A stretch of DNA of 63,829 nucleotides, filler included, from Octopus bimaculoides (lineage: Eukaryota), in the NCBI RefSeq assembly GCF_001194135.2. It is 4 parts of 3 records of this genome, joined end to end, with 100 filler letters (N's around TTAATTAATTAA, not from the genome) between each part and the next. Parts side by side here need not be neighbours in the genome. Positions count along the whole stretch, not along the records: positions 16,905 to 36,772 come from NC_068985.1; 3 more parts are not named here. One strand, given 5' to 3'. This document shows positions 23,319 through 35,783 of this stretch, one piece after another. The first letter of the stretch is position 1. Each line of letters begins with the position of its first letter. Position numbers and translations under genes: made by a program. Under the pieces are notes generated by a model. That model had not been told where the DNA came from and did no database searches. It saw only the letters and a program-made list of their open reading frames with translations.

Positions 23319-24649
23319 TCAGGATGGTGTAACGGTAATGAACAATTTTAAGTTCTCTATTAAAAATTAAAAAGCCCATGATTAAGACAATATTTATTCG
23401 TTAACATAATTTCCATTGCTTTCTAAAACTTCGTTCCATCTGTCAACGAGCTTTCAAATGCCACACCTGTAAAAAGATTGCCTGTAAAAAGATTGCTTGT
23501 AAAAAGATTGCTTGTAAAAAGATTGCTTGCAAAAAGATTGCTTGTAAAAAGATTGCTGAGGTTTTGATGCGAAACATGAATCCAACTCATTTCCAACCTC
23601 TTCTCTTGATGTCAACCGAAGACCTTTCAAATGGTTCTGTAGCCCCCGAAACGAGCGATGATCAGAAGGAGCAAGGTGAGGAAAATATGGAGGATGAAGC
23701 AATATTTCTCAACCAAGCTCTTCCAAGATATCTTTGGTCAGTCGAGCTGTATGAGGATGAGCATTGTCATAGTCGAAGATTACACCCTTCCTGTTTAAAG
23801 CAGCTTTCAAACGATGAAGTTGATCACAGTAGAGATTAGCAGTAATTGTTTCATTATCTAACCGTTCGGAATGGACAATTCCTTCAATATCCCACCATAC
23901 ACTCAACATGATCTTCTTTGGATGAAATCCTCCTCTTATTTGTTGAACAGGTCTTCCTCCTCCACTGATCCTCGATCGGCGGCCTTTAACGTTATAGTAA
24001 AGGATCCACTTTTCATCACCTGTAACAAGCCTTCCTAAAAATGGTCCCTTAAGGGATCGTGAAAGCAATGACTAACAACAAACAACACGCTGCTGTAGAT
24101 TCTCTGGGTACAGTTCGTGTGGGACCAATTTTCTCCAACCACTGAAACCTTTCCAATTCTTTTCAGTTGGCGTGGAACAGTTGTATGGGGCTACGTCAAA
24201 CCGTTCTGCAAGTTCTCTACAAGAAGCGGTTGGATTTTCTGTGACAACAGCTTCCAACTCTTCGGAATCGAGTTGTTTTGAACGACCTTCCTTTGGCTTG
24301 CCTTTCAAACTCAGATCCCCACTTCTGAAGCGAGAAAACCATCTCCGGCAACTTCTTTTACTCGCTACATTATCCCCAAAACTCTCTGTAGAGACTTTGC
24401 TTTGCTGCTGTGCTTGTATTGACACCTTTATGAAACTCATAGAGTAAGACATGTCTAATGTGATCTTTAGATGGGACGTGCATGGGTGCGAATATAGCAG
24501 AAGATTATCACCAATACAATCAGAATCTGAAAGAGAAATGCATAAATTACTCATTGCGACATTCTTAAAACATTGCGAGAGGCACAATTTTTAAAACATA
24601 TCTAAAACTGTTTTCTAAAAAATCGGCCATAACGTTTGCACCAACCTGA
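23319..24649 (-). mobile_element. Full-length inactive mariner (DD34D)
   Basis: TIRs tcagg(a/t)tggtg... at both ends, each flanked by TA. Motifs RRWFSRFRSGD, LVPHEL, TGDEKW, DNAHPH and YFPHLAPSDH, with exactly 34 residues between the 2nd and 3rd Asp. Contains in-frame stops. Confidence 0.95.
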
Positions 24650-24710
24650 TAGCTATTTTGCCCTGAAATCTAGTAGTTCTAACTCAGACATACTAACACA
24701 CATACCTGCA

Positions 24711-25182
24711 CCTACCTACCTACCTACCTACCTACCTACCTACCTACCTACCTACAGACCTACCTACCTACCTACCTACCTACCTACCTACCTACCTACC
24801 TACAGACCTACCTACCTACCTACCTACCTACCTACCTACCTACCTACCTACAGACCTACCTACCTACCTACCTACCTACCTACCTACCTACCTACTTACA
24901 GACCTACCTACTTACAGACCTACCTACCTACCTACCTACCAACCTACCTACTTACCTAACTACCTACCTACAGACCTACCTACCTACCTACCTACCTACC
25001 TACCTACTTACCTACAGACCTACCTACCTACCTACCTACCTACTTACCTACCTACCTACCTACCTACCTACCTACCTACTTACCTACCTACCTACTTACC
25101 TACCTATCTACCTACCTACCTACCTATCTACAGACCTACCTACCTACCTACCTACCTACCTACCTACCTACCTACCTACCTA
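24711..25182 (+). repeat. (CCTA)n tetranucleotide array with variants
   Basis: Direct inspection. Confidence 0.97.
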
Positions 25183-26151
25183 ATGCATTGTTTATTTATG
25201 TGTCACCATTTTCTTAATTATTTTCATTGCAAAGGAATTGTGATCGTTTCCCTTTGTATTCTTCATATTTTCCGGATTTCTATATTTGGAAATGTTCTCA
25301 AGTATGCTGGAGGTGGAGTGGGGGACTACTCGTACAATTAGAAGATACTCCTAGAATGTCTTTTCTATTAACCTTGATATCTTTTTCTATTTGATTGGTA
25401 AATACCAGACTTAAGAAGTTTTGTCATTCTCCGGGACCTCTCCTGATGCATATTTTTACCACTTCCTTTCTTTTAGTACTTCGCAATGCTGACATAGTTT
25501 CCTGTGCATAAAAGCCCCAGTTCTTTTATATCTGCAGACTTGGTAACCGTTGTTAGTTACTTCTGCCCAACCCTCAGATTTTGTAGTTATTTAATATATC
25601 CTGTTTAATGCATTCTGTTTCATTTCATATTTTGATGGTTTCTGGTGAGAAGCTTTTAATTCTGTCCCGCAAGCGAATATTTTTCAGTCTCACTTTCTTC
25701 ATATATTTTCAATCTGTTTATGTTTATTTTTCAAATATTAATGTTAAACAGAAATTCTATAATTGGTATTCTGTAACTTCGTCTTATTTAAATTCTTCCA
25801 AAATTACATTGTTGTGGTGGGGAGCGAGTTGGTCGGGGTGTGTAGCAATTTCTATTAGTTTCTTTTGTTTTTTAACATTATTTTTATAATCCTAAAATGT
25901 GGATTTGATCATAAATTTCTGCTTCCAGAATTAACTTATCCGTAGTTAATATAACTTTTATATGTTTTATTTTGGGGTTCTTTATTAAAAATACACTCCT
26001 TATTCGTCTTCTTTTCCCGTTCAATCATGTGGATTTCTTTAGTTTCCAATTAAAACAACAAATTATTTCTGGAAGCATTGTTGCCCATTATATTATTTCA
26101 TTCACTTAGTTATGTCTGCGTCTATAGTATTCCTCCAAAGTCATTTACTTA

Positions 26152-26336
26152 CCGTATTTTAACGTGTATAAGGAATTCTCGTGTATAAGAAAGCCCCTAA
26201 TTTTGGGGGCTTAAAATTTGAAAACAAAAAGGTTTTGTAAGGGATTATATATAATACTATCCATATATAAGAAACTTCCCTATTTTTTAAACCTAAATTT
26301 TGACAAAAAGGGTTCCTTATACACGTTAAAATACGG
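26152..26336. mobile_element. Tc2/pogo-like MITE, 185 bp
   Basis: Perfect 24-bp TIR ccgtattttaacgtgtataaggaa; TA on both flanks. Confidence 0.92.
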
Positions 26337-27159
26337 TAATTGTGTATGTTTCGTAATTCTGTCAGCGTTTAGGCCAATTTTCTAATTTCGTGTCGTATCT
26401 AACTTATTAGTGTTTTTCTTAACTTTCCTCTCTTTTCTGTTGCCATAGCGCTACATTTTCCTAAACGTGAACTCAGAACGCAGATACAGAGTAAATGCTG
26501 CCAAGCATTTTCCCCGGTTTGCTGACCATTCGTCGTCTTCTTTGTTCATTCTATATTAATTTCTTGTAATGTTACTTTTAACATTCCTTATTATTTTGCA
26601 AAATTCTTCCAATCCATTGCAAATTATTTCTATAATTTCATTTTTAGCTTTGTTTAATTCATAGAAAAATACCTGTACGTTGACGGTGAGACAGTGGTTT
26701 TGCTCATAGAAGAAACTGCATTTTCTCAAATCTTCTGAATCTCTGTTTTGGAGCTAAGGCCTCTTACATAAGCTTTTCTGCAATCTACTTTATCATTTGA
26801 AATTGTATGATTTTACGTATCTATCGTTGTTTGTTTGAACTTTCTTTCATCTCTCTGCTCTCTCTTCTAATTTCACATAGATCAGAAAAGTATTATCATT
26901 TTCGTTCTATTCCTTATATTTTGTCCTTTCAATTTGTGCTTCAGGGAATTTACATTATTTCAATTTATTTTCTACTCAAATCCATTCTCACGAGAAGAAG
27001 GAATTGTGTCAGTTTCACGAAGAAACTAATTTAGTTTTCCGCTTTCTACTTTGTTATCTGAAAGATTGCTTTGTTGAAAACTGCTTTTTTTTTTCATTCT
27101 TTTCCCCTCTACTTCCAGCTTTTTAATAATCGATACTCCTTAAAATTATTCATTAGACT

Positions 27160-28450
27160 GTTGGAAGAGAAAAGAATCCTAACATCGGGCTACAACAAGT
27201 TGTCTTAGATGCCAAAAACACTCCTACCGGGTTACAATAAGTTACCTTAGACGCCAAGAAACCTCCTAAGTATCCTAGCCGTCCCTAATAACATTTTTTA
27301 TGCAGCTGTACTAAACTGGGTTTTATGCTTATTTCCTCTATCCATCTGTTCAGATCTTTAGGGATAGTTCCCAATGGACCTATAACTACTGGGATACATT
27401 TTACCCACACTTTCCATAGTCTCATGAATTCAATCGCCGGGTCCTAATACTTCGCTTTTTTTTTCTATACTTCTCATATTAATCTATTCATCATTTGGGA
27501 CTGTAAAGTCAATTACCTGGCACTTTCTATTCCCTTAATCTACTACTACCAAATCAGCCCTTCTAGCTTCTATTACTCTGTCAGTCTGAATGTTAAAGTC
27601 CCACAACATCTTGTATTTCTTACTTTCTGGTACTTTACTAGGTTTATGTTCATACCGTTTATCACTATGTTCAAATCCTAGCTTTCTACATAGCTCCCAG
27701 TGGATTACTCTCCCTAGGTTCTCATGTCTTTTCTTGTATTCTTTCTGTGCCTGCAAGCTACATTCACTTACTATATGAGTAACACTTTCCTCTTTTGATT
27801 TGCACAACCTACGTTGGGAATCCACTTGGTTTTTGTCTATCTTGGCTTTTATCCAATAAGTCCTTAATGCTTATCTTGTACAGCTACTAACAAACTTTCT
27901 GTCTTTCTCTCTCTCTCTCTTCAGCTTTCTCTTCTGCAGCCATAACCATGTCGCACCACTCCAATTTGCTGCAACTATCTTTTGGAATCTACCATGCAAC
28001 GCCTTCTCCTGCCAGTCAGATAATTTCTGTTCTTTTTCTGGTTTTTAAGTTCGTTTGGTGTTTCGGTTTCCCTATGTCTTACTATGACTCTAGCAGTTTT
28101 TAATAAACTTTCTTCACTATTACCTACATAGGAGTCTATATCTTCTCTAGCTAACACCACGCAGTCTTCCACTGATATTAACCCTCTTCCGCCATCCTTT
28201 CCAGCTAGGTGTAATCTTGCAGCTCCTGCCCTTGGGTGGAGTCCTCCATTCATATTGAATTCCTTCCTAGTTCTTCTGTCTGGCTTTACTAATTCAGATT
28301 TTGTCCAATCTACAAAAGCTGCTGAGTATCCAAGTAATGTTGCTGCCCAAGCGTTTACAACCTTCACTAGATTCGGACCATTTAGCTTGGACTTCATTAG
28401 CTTCCTCATCCTTCTGATGTATTCCTTCTCAATTTTCGCTTTCATTTCTA
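27160..28450 (-). mobile_element. R4/Dong-type LINE, 5'-truncated (post-RT region, CCHC knuckle, RLE)
   Basis: DRRTRK...GGRGLISVED; RLCKSKEESVTHIVSEC (knuckle); WDFNIQTDRVIEARRADLVVVD; IPVIVGPLG...LLGTARILRRFLGV* plus 3' UTR. Confidence 0.92.
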
Positions 28451-28469
28451 AATTTCTATAGTTAGTACT

Positions 28470-28594
28470 CTGTCAGATTTCAACCCTCCTGTGCCTGGTG
28501 TACCCTTATCAGACGGGTAGTCATGATGGGTATACTGGGCTTCGTATATTTGTACCCCAGTGTCACTTTGATGGCATGCACTGCTCTCTCACTC

Positions 28595-28651
<57 letters not shown>

Positions 28652-28662
28652 TATAATAATAA
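28470..28662 (+). mobile_element. Retroelement 3' end with (AAT)n tail
   Basis: Homologous to 37650-37815 (tcatgatgggtata..ggcttcgtatattt..ggcatgc.ctgctctctcac). Confidence 0.7.
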
Positions 28663-28858
28663 TAGGCATTTTAATGATGGCAGCTAATATAGGCTTGTAC
28701 AGTATGTGTGTATATCGGATGAGAGTGACCAACCAGAGATAATGTGATTAATTGTTTATTCTCAACATCCACATATTTGCAGGTAATGTAATCCACCGCA
28801 TTACAGTTTGTTAGATTAAGATTTCGGTCCTCTGCTACAATGAAGAACTCTTGACTTA

Positions 28859-29174
28859 CCGTAAATCCTCGAGTATAATCCGCACATTTTTCCCAAAATT
28901 TAAAGGTCAAAATCCCTAGTGTGTACTATATACGAGGTTAAAAATGAAAAAATATTTTCTAAGCTTCACGTTTGCATTATGTTATATATACAATAATAAT
29001 AAAGGACGTTACCGTATATACGTTTACAAACCAAGGACGTTATATAGACCTCCTTGGCTCAAGTTAGAGAATGGGTGCGTATTATACACAAGGTTTAGGC
29101 TTTTCAGAGGTACAGCCCCCTAAAAGTCCCCTGCGTATTATACTCAAGGGCGGACTATACTCGAGTATTTACGG
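28859..29174. mobile_element. Tc2/pogo-like MITE, 316 bp
   Basis: TIR ccgtaaatcctcgagtataatccgc versus gcggactatactcgagtatttacgg; TA on both flanks. Confidence 0.88.
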
Positions 29175-30884
29175 TACTTCTTTGCCAATGTTGCAAATTT
29201 TCTGTGCATTTTACTTCACTGAATTTTCCACACTTCAGCCACGCAAACCTTTTCCTGCCATCTCTTTACTATGGTATTCTGTTTCATATTTCTCACAACG
29301 AACGTCTGTCATTTCAGACTCTGCTATGTATTTGTTGGCTTCCTTGAAGGCAGAAAACATTTATTTTTTTGCGCTTGTTTGCATTATGTAGCTATTTCTA
29401 TAAGTTCATCATTACTCGATATTTTGCAATCTTACAATGGATATTTTTAACTAGTTTTCGAATGGCATAAAGTCCTGCTTCCTGGTGTTCGTCATAAATA
29501 TAATCTTTCTATGTAAGATTGTTAATAGTCTAAATTCGGTCATAATTTTCCTTCTCTTTTTTCTTTTTGCTTCTATTGGTTTAGCTTCCGTTAGAGAATA
29601 TAATTTATTACTGAAACAGCAAGTCCATCGAGACTTGTGTCTAAAATAATCCAATACTTATCTTTCATTTGTACGCGTAGACATTGAATTAGTCGTCACT
29701 TGGAGGCAAAATATCGGAAGATGATGGATTTCACATGACATTTATGCAATATATAATCGGATCTGGTTTCTATGAATATATAGGTTATGGAACTATTCCG
29801 GGGCTGTGACCCACAACGGATACAGCGATAAGCTGAACGACTGGTGGTGAAAGGCAACACATCCATGTTATGTATGTGAGAGTAAGAACTATTTGATTAA
29901 TGCCCTTCTAACAAGAAGTGCTAAAGAAACTGAAGAGAACATCGTAGATGCAGCCAGCAGTCTGCAAGAACTGCTATTCCCAGGGCACCACAACTCACAA
30001 TTCTGGAAAAAAGACGAAAGAGATCGCCTCATGCTCAATTCCTGGAATTGGCCAAAAAATTAACAGCCAGAAGACCAATGGATACTTCGTTCGTGTATAA
30101 CCAATTGCGCAACTCAATCACTCTGTAGCAGCGAGAAAAAGTTGGAAAAGGAACAGGGGGAGTATATTGCCGGAGTTAGAAAGACTACCCCACCAAAAGA
30201 GAACATACTTCAAGGAAAAGCAAATAAAACGAACGAGAAGTCAGTCATTCTCCACTTTTATGGAATTTTGTAGTTCTTTACATAACAAATGCATAACTAA
30301 GACAGGAAATACCACATGAGCATTTTGGACGAACATAGTCTAGATATGTGTGTAGGTGGAGCAAGTGAAAGACAGGGTACTTCTAAAATCCGTCTAAAGT
30401 ACACTACAAAAAAAAAAAAATTATGTGAACCGTTACTAGAATGAGACTTTAATTTTCTTGCCCGCACTTTGGGGATCGAGAAGTTTCAAGTACTTAAGGA
30501 CCTGAAATAGACTTTTGAGGCGATTGCTTAGAGTTTTGGCGAGTCTGGATTTGAACTAAAGGATGGTCTCTCTTATATGTCTGGGCGAGGTCCCTTGTTT
30601 GTATTTTTAATTTAATTTATAACTTTCTTAATTACATCAATGTTTTACATATTTATTTTATTCAATTTTAAATAAGTTCTATTTTTCAAAAAATATATTC
30701 CTCGCCCTCGTTCTTTGGATATAAATAACAATAATTTTGTAAAATTAATTTTTCTTATCAATAGAATACGAAAAATATAATTTTTTCTCATCAATAGATT
30801 GGCCCTCAATAACTTCTACATAAGTGGCAAGCAGGATATCGGCCTGTAATTGTCTACCGTATTGCCTTTTACGATGTTTTTCAG

Positions 30885-31200
30885 GCACAGCACTGTCCTA
30901 CCCAATGTCAACCGCTCTGGTGTTACTTGGTCGGCATTTAGCAAGGTGTTTTGTTGCGCAGCTATTTGTGCATGTCATTCACCAAATCTTTTGATCCAGT
31001 TGCCTTGAACTCCAAGGGGGTAAGTGAAGGGCAGGAGCGACGACGTTCAGGGGGTTCCTCGGTTGCTCCACTGAGGTACTTCCCCCTTATGGGGAACTTT
31101 TATTGTTTACTTTTATTGTTCCTTGTTTACTTTTATTGTTCCTTGTGTTATATTGTCCGTATTTGTTTTTGTGTTCGGCCCTTGTGGCTAATAAAGAAAA

Positions 31201-31240
<40 letters not shown>
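30885..31240 (+). mobile_element. LINE-like 3' end with Tx1-type tail and (ATT)n
   Basis: Ends ttgtccgtatttg...ggcccttgtggctaataaagaaaa, similar to 47024-47075 (reverse complement). Confidence 0.55.
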
Positions 31241-31242
<2 letters not shown>

Positions 31243-31693
31243 GGTACGCTAAGCCAAACGCTTAACGGCATTTCGTCCGTCTTTAAGTTCTGGGTTCAAA
31301 TTCCGTCGAAGGCGACTTTGCTTTTCTTCTTTTCGGGGTTAATAATAAGGCACAAGCGGAATACTAGGGGGTCAATGTAACCGACTGAACTGTCCCCCGA
31401 AATTGCTGTCCCCCATCCCCCAGACTAGCCCCTCCCCAGATTTCAGGCCTTGTGCNNNNNNNNNNNNNNNNNNNNNNNNNNNNNNNNNNNNNNNNNCGTT
31501 AGCACGCCGGGCGAAATGCTTAGCGGCATCTCGTCTGTCTTTACGTTCTGAGTTCAAATTCCGCCGAGGTCGACTTTGCCTTTCATCCTTTCAGGGTCGA
31601 TAAATTAAGTACCAGTGAAGTACTGGGGTCGATGTAATCAACTAGCCTCCTCCCTAAAAATTTCAGGCCTTGTGCCTAAAGTAGAAAAGAATA
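31241..31693 (+). mobile_element. Two tandem SINE B copies separated by an N gap
   Basis: Homology to other B copies; gap at 31456-31496. Confidence 0.85.
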
Positions 31694-32054
31694 TTAAACG
31701 CAATCGTTCTCTTTCATAGAATGAAAAGTGGGCCAATGTCGGTATGCCGTCATTCTTGGTGTTTAACAAAAGATGTAAATCACCTTTAATTGTATGTTGG
31801 CCCTTTAATTGTATGTTGGCCCTTTAACAAATTAACCAGTTACTAACGACATTTATGTTCGGTGATAAAGGGAAGAATAACGAAATGATAGATAACGGGC
31901 TGGGTTAAATGGGCAGAAAAGTAACACACACACACACTCGCACGCACACACACACGCACGCACGCACGCACACACGCACACACACACACGCACGCACGCA
32001 CGCACACACGCACGCACACACGCACGCACACACACACGCACGCACATCAAATAA

Positions 32055-32168
32055 GGAGCAGGCATAAAGAAATGAGTACTAGGGTCGATTCGTTCGACTA
32101 AAAATTCTTCAAGGTGATGCTCCAGCATGGCCACAGTCCGATGACTGAAACAAGTAAAAGAATAAAAG
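32055..32168 (+). mobile_element. SINE A 3' portion
   Basis: gtgatgctccagcatggccacagtc..gactgaaacaagtaaaagaataaaaga. Confidence 0.8.
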
Positions 32169-32239
32169 AAATATCTGTGCGTGTGTGCGTGTGTGTGTGT
32201 GTGTAATATACATGTCTATGTGTGAGTATGTGTGTATAA

Positions 32240-32440
32240 CAACAAAATTTGCGAGAGGGGGGACTGGTCGATTACATCGCCTCCAGTACTCAGCTGGTTC
32301 TTAGTTTATCGACCACCGAAAGGATGAAAGGCAACATCGACCTCGTCGGAATTTGAACTCAGAACGTCATTAAGACAGATGGACGAAATACTGCTAAGCA
32401 TTTTGCCTTGCACGCTAACTATTCTGCCAGCGCGCCGCCA
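32240..32440 (-). mobile_element. SINE B
   Basis: Homology to other B copies. Confidence 0.8.
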
Positions 32441-33071
32441 ATGACAAATCCGTTGGTGGCAGACATCATTCCAGGAAGAAATCGAAAATTCTTCGCCGCT
32501 CATCAAACAAAATGATTTGAAGACAAATGACAAAAGTGAACGTCCACCACCAAGGTTACCTCCTAGTGTGTCCATACTTCAATTTATTCTATTTATTTTT
32601 TGTATTTTTTGCAAATTTCCCAAATTCCTGGAATACATCTCTCTGGATATAACCATTCATTGGTGTCCCTTTTCCTTCTGCGCTGTATCAATGAAATGCC
32701 CGCCTTTTTCTCCTCCCATTTCCTATGACCATATTGAGAGTGTAAAACTATAAGGATTGGCCAGAGAAGTTGGTCATGGACTGCGTTATTTTCCCTCTTT
32801 AAAAATCATATGTTTTAATCAATAAATACACACATTTCTAGTAGAAACAATATACCAAAAACTATAGTATTGTGAACGAGAGCATTTATCATTAAAATCC
32901 CTCCTCCTGAATTCAACGCGTTTTTGTTGCTGTCCGATATTAATAATTTTTCTCAGAATTTGCCCCTGAATAACTAAAACGTACTCTGTTATGTTGATAT
33001 GATCTCTGGCTTTCTTGGAAAAGATAGTAATTATCCGCGATACAGTCGTATAATATGAGTGATGCTGTTGC

Positions 33072-33159
33072 TTAGGCTGCTGGCTGCTTTTCTCTGTACG
33101 TTGTGTTGGATTGGTCGATTGGTCTGCTCAAATGTCTCTTAATTGCCCAACAACATAAC
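33072..33159 (-). CDS. Candidate terminal coding exon (LCCWAIKRHLSRPIDQSNTTYREKQPAA*)
   Basis: Polypyrimidine acceptor ttctattttcctgtattcaag|G; no homology confirmed. Confidence 0.2.
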
Positions 33160-33671
33160 CTTGAATACAGGAAAATAGAACAGCAATTCAAAAGTAAACA
33201 TATTGGTCCATTAATTTATGCCAACATACTGAAAGTGAAAGGCAAAAAAAATAGTGATGTAGTAACACAATGTTGGGAAATGATCCAATGAGTCTAAATA
33301 TAGACTATGAAATAATGAATGACGCACTGACAGCTTGATATGATTTTCATTTCGCAATCACGAGGTGCCGAATTCGATCCCACTGACAAGGCTTTGCTCG
33401 GCCCGTGGCTACAGTAGAAGATAGCTGCACCTTTGTGTTACACAGTGGGACTGAACCCGGATCGATGCGGTTGGGAAGCAAACGTCTTACCACTCAGCCT
33501 CGTCAGAATGTTTTAATTTTTGAATGTCTCTCCTCGAAGACGTTGATGCTCCACCAGTTTATAATTGACTCACAAAGTTTCAGATGCTGGGGGGTTTAGT
33601 GAAGTCATTTCGATCGAACACTAATCAATCAGCTGTTATTAATTTTTAGATCATGAAAGAATGAAATCAAA

Positions 33672-34046
33672 GTGGCTGTGTGGTAAGAAGCTTGCATCTG
33701 AACCACATGGTTCCGGGTTCAGTTCCACTGCGTTGCAACTTAGTCTTCTACTATAGCCTCGGGCCGACCAAAGCATTGTGAGTGGATTTGGGAGTTGGAA
33801 ACTGAAAGAAGCCTGTCGTATATACGTATATGTATATACCTGTGACTGTGTTTGTCTCCCCACCATCGCTTGACAGCCGATGTTGGTATGTTTACGCCCC
33901 CATAACTTAACAGTTCAGCAAAAAAAGACTGATAAAATAAGTACTAGCCTTACAAAGAATAAGTTGTGGGGTCAATTTGTTCGACTAAAGGGGGTGCTCC
34001 AGCATGGCCGCAGTCAAATGACTGAAACAAGTAAAGGAATCAAAGA
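33672..34046 (+). mobile_element. SINE A, full-length
   Basis: Head ggctgtgtggtaagaagc through tail gactgaaacaagtaaagg. Confidence 0.9.
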
Positions 34047-34298
34047 ATGAGCGAGATTCGAACTGGGAATGTTCAAGTAATCTGACTAAATGCTGCAAAC
34101 AGTTTTGAGAGGTCAATCTCGGCCCTCAACCTTCGGTCCTCGGCCCACCTAGTAATCCACTGTTCGATTCCATGACTTTACAATTAACATGCAAATTGAG
34201 CGATATTTAGAATGTAAAACATGAATTATTCATTTATGGATAAAAAGCATTCCGCAATGTTTGGCTCAAATATCCGGCTGCGCAGTTTAGCTTAGTGC

Positions 34299-34333
<35 letters not shown>

Positions 34334-35009
34334 TGTGTGTGTGGGTGTGTGTGTGGGTGTGGGTGTGGGTGTGTGTGTTTGCGTGTGCGCGCGTATATGT
34401 TCATATACATACATACATAAATACATACAAACATACATGTGTGTGTGTGCGTATATATTTATATACATGCGTGCATACATATAAACATGTATATGGGTGT
34501 GTGTGTGCGCGTATATGTTCATATACATACATACATAAATACATACAAACATGCATGTGTGTGTGTGTGTGTGTGCACGTATATATTTATATACATGCGT
34601 GCATACATATAAACATGTATATGGGTGTGTGTGTGTGTGTGTGTGTGTGTGCAGGTGCGTGTGCAGGTGCGTTCATATACATATGCACTCACACATGTAT
34701 GTCTGTGTGTATGTGTACGTGTGAGCGATTCTGTAATTCATACATTAATGTTCTTGTAAAGCATGTGTAAGTATGGGTGTACACTCCCTGCTAGAATTTT
34801 CTTTTGTGTGTGTGCGTGTGTGCATGTGTGTGGGCGTATGTGTAAACATGGAATGGATGAACTTGTTTAACAACATGATGGAGATTCATTGATAGACATG
34901 GTTAAAAGATCCGATAGTGTTATGTTAACCTAATTCACGAAGTTGTGTAAGCGATCAACGCATGTTTCTTGTTTTCCTGAACGAAATGCACTTCGCTGCT
35001 CCTTCTTAT

Positions 35010-35247
35010 TTCTTTATTGCCCACAAGGGGCTACACACAGAGGGGATAAACAGGGACAGACAAACGGATTAAGTCGTTTATATCGACCCCCAGTGCGTAA
35101 CTGGTACTTATTTAATCGACCCCGAAAGGATGAAAGGCAAAGTCGACCTCGACGGAATTTGAACTCAGAACGTAACGGCAGACGAAATACTGCTAAGCAT
35201 TTCGCCTGGCGAGCTAACCACTCTGCCAGCTCACCGCCTTCTTATCT
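35010..35247 (-). mobile_element. SINE B young copy with TSD
   Basis: 18-bp direct repeat ttcgctgctccttcttat at 34992-35009 and 35248-35265. Confidence 0.9.
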
Positions 35248-35685
35248 TTCGCTGCTCCTTCTTATCTTGCAAAGGGACAACCATTCGATATGTCCATCTC
35301 TTTCCTTCTTCTTTGACAATCTAATACAATGAGTTTGCGGTTCACCGGTTTTGCTTGTTTTTTTCGCTTTTTCTCCAGTAATTTTTCTCCAGTAATTTTT
35401 CTCCAGACATATATTTACTGTGCTGAAACAGACCAAATCTGGAGTACACCGATATAGAATGGCATAGAGTTACAGGCGACAAGAATCCAGCTGTTTTTAC
35501 CAGCCGTTTCTCATAGGTAACTGTCGGCTGTTCTTCTCTTCCAAACTTTATACAAACGAAATTTTTGCTACTTACCTTAAAGTAATAAATAAAAAAACAA
35601 AATAAAAACCTTCTGCAAGATCGGAATTGACTGAACTAAACTGGAATGTGATGAAGTATCCAGTCCAACGGGCTTAAATACTTAC

Positions 35686-35783
35686 CAGGAGAACCACCCT
35701 TTTTTGAATAATGGAAGGACACCTTGATAAGGTAGTAGTGATTGCGAGAACAATATACAACACCTTTGATCGGTAGCGTTGAT
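35686..35783 (-). CDS. Candidate internal exon, 98 nt
   Basis: Acceptor gttattgttttgtccag| and donor CTG|GTAAGT; all three frames are open; product not recognised. Confidence 0.3.

Noticed and set aside
23466-23555. Regularly spaced repeats suggestive of CRISPR
   Set aside because: Contiguous 15-bp tandem units without spacers in a eukaryotic transposon; no CRISPR array is present in the window.
25600-27150. T-rich tracts suggesting a decayed minus-strand LINE
   Set aside because: No diagnostic motif could be read, so they are left unannotated apart from the MITE.
33062-33142. Plus-strand signal-peptide-like MLLLRLLAAFLCTLCWIGRLVCSNVS*
   Set aside because: Only 26 codons, with no good donor before the stop.
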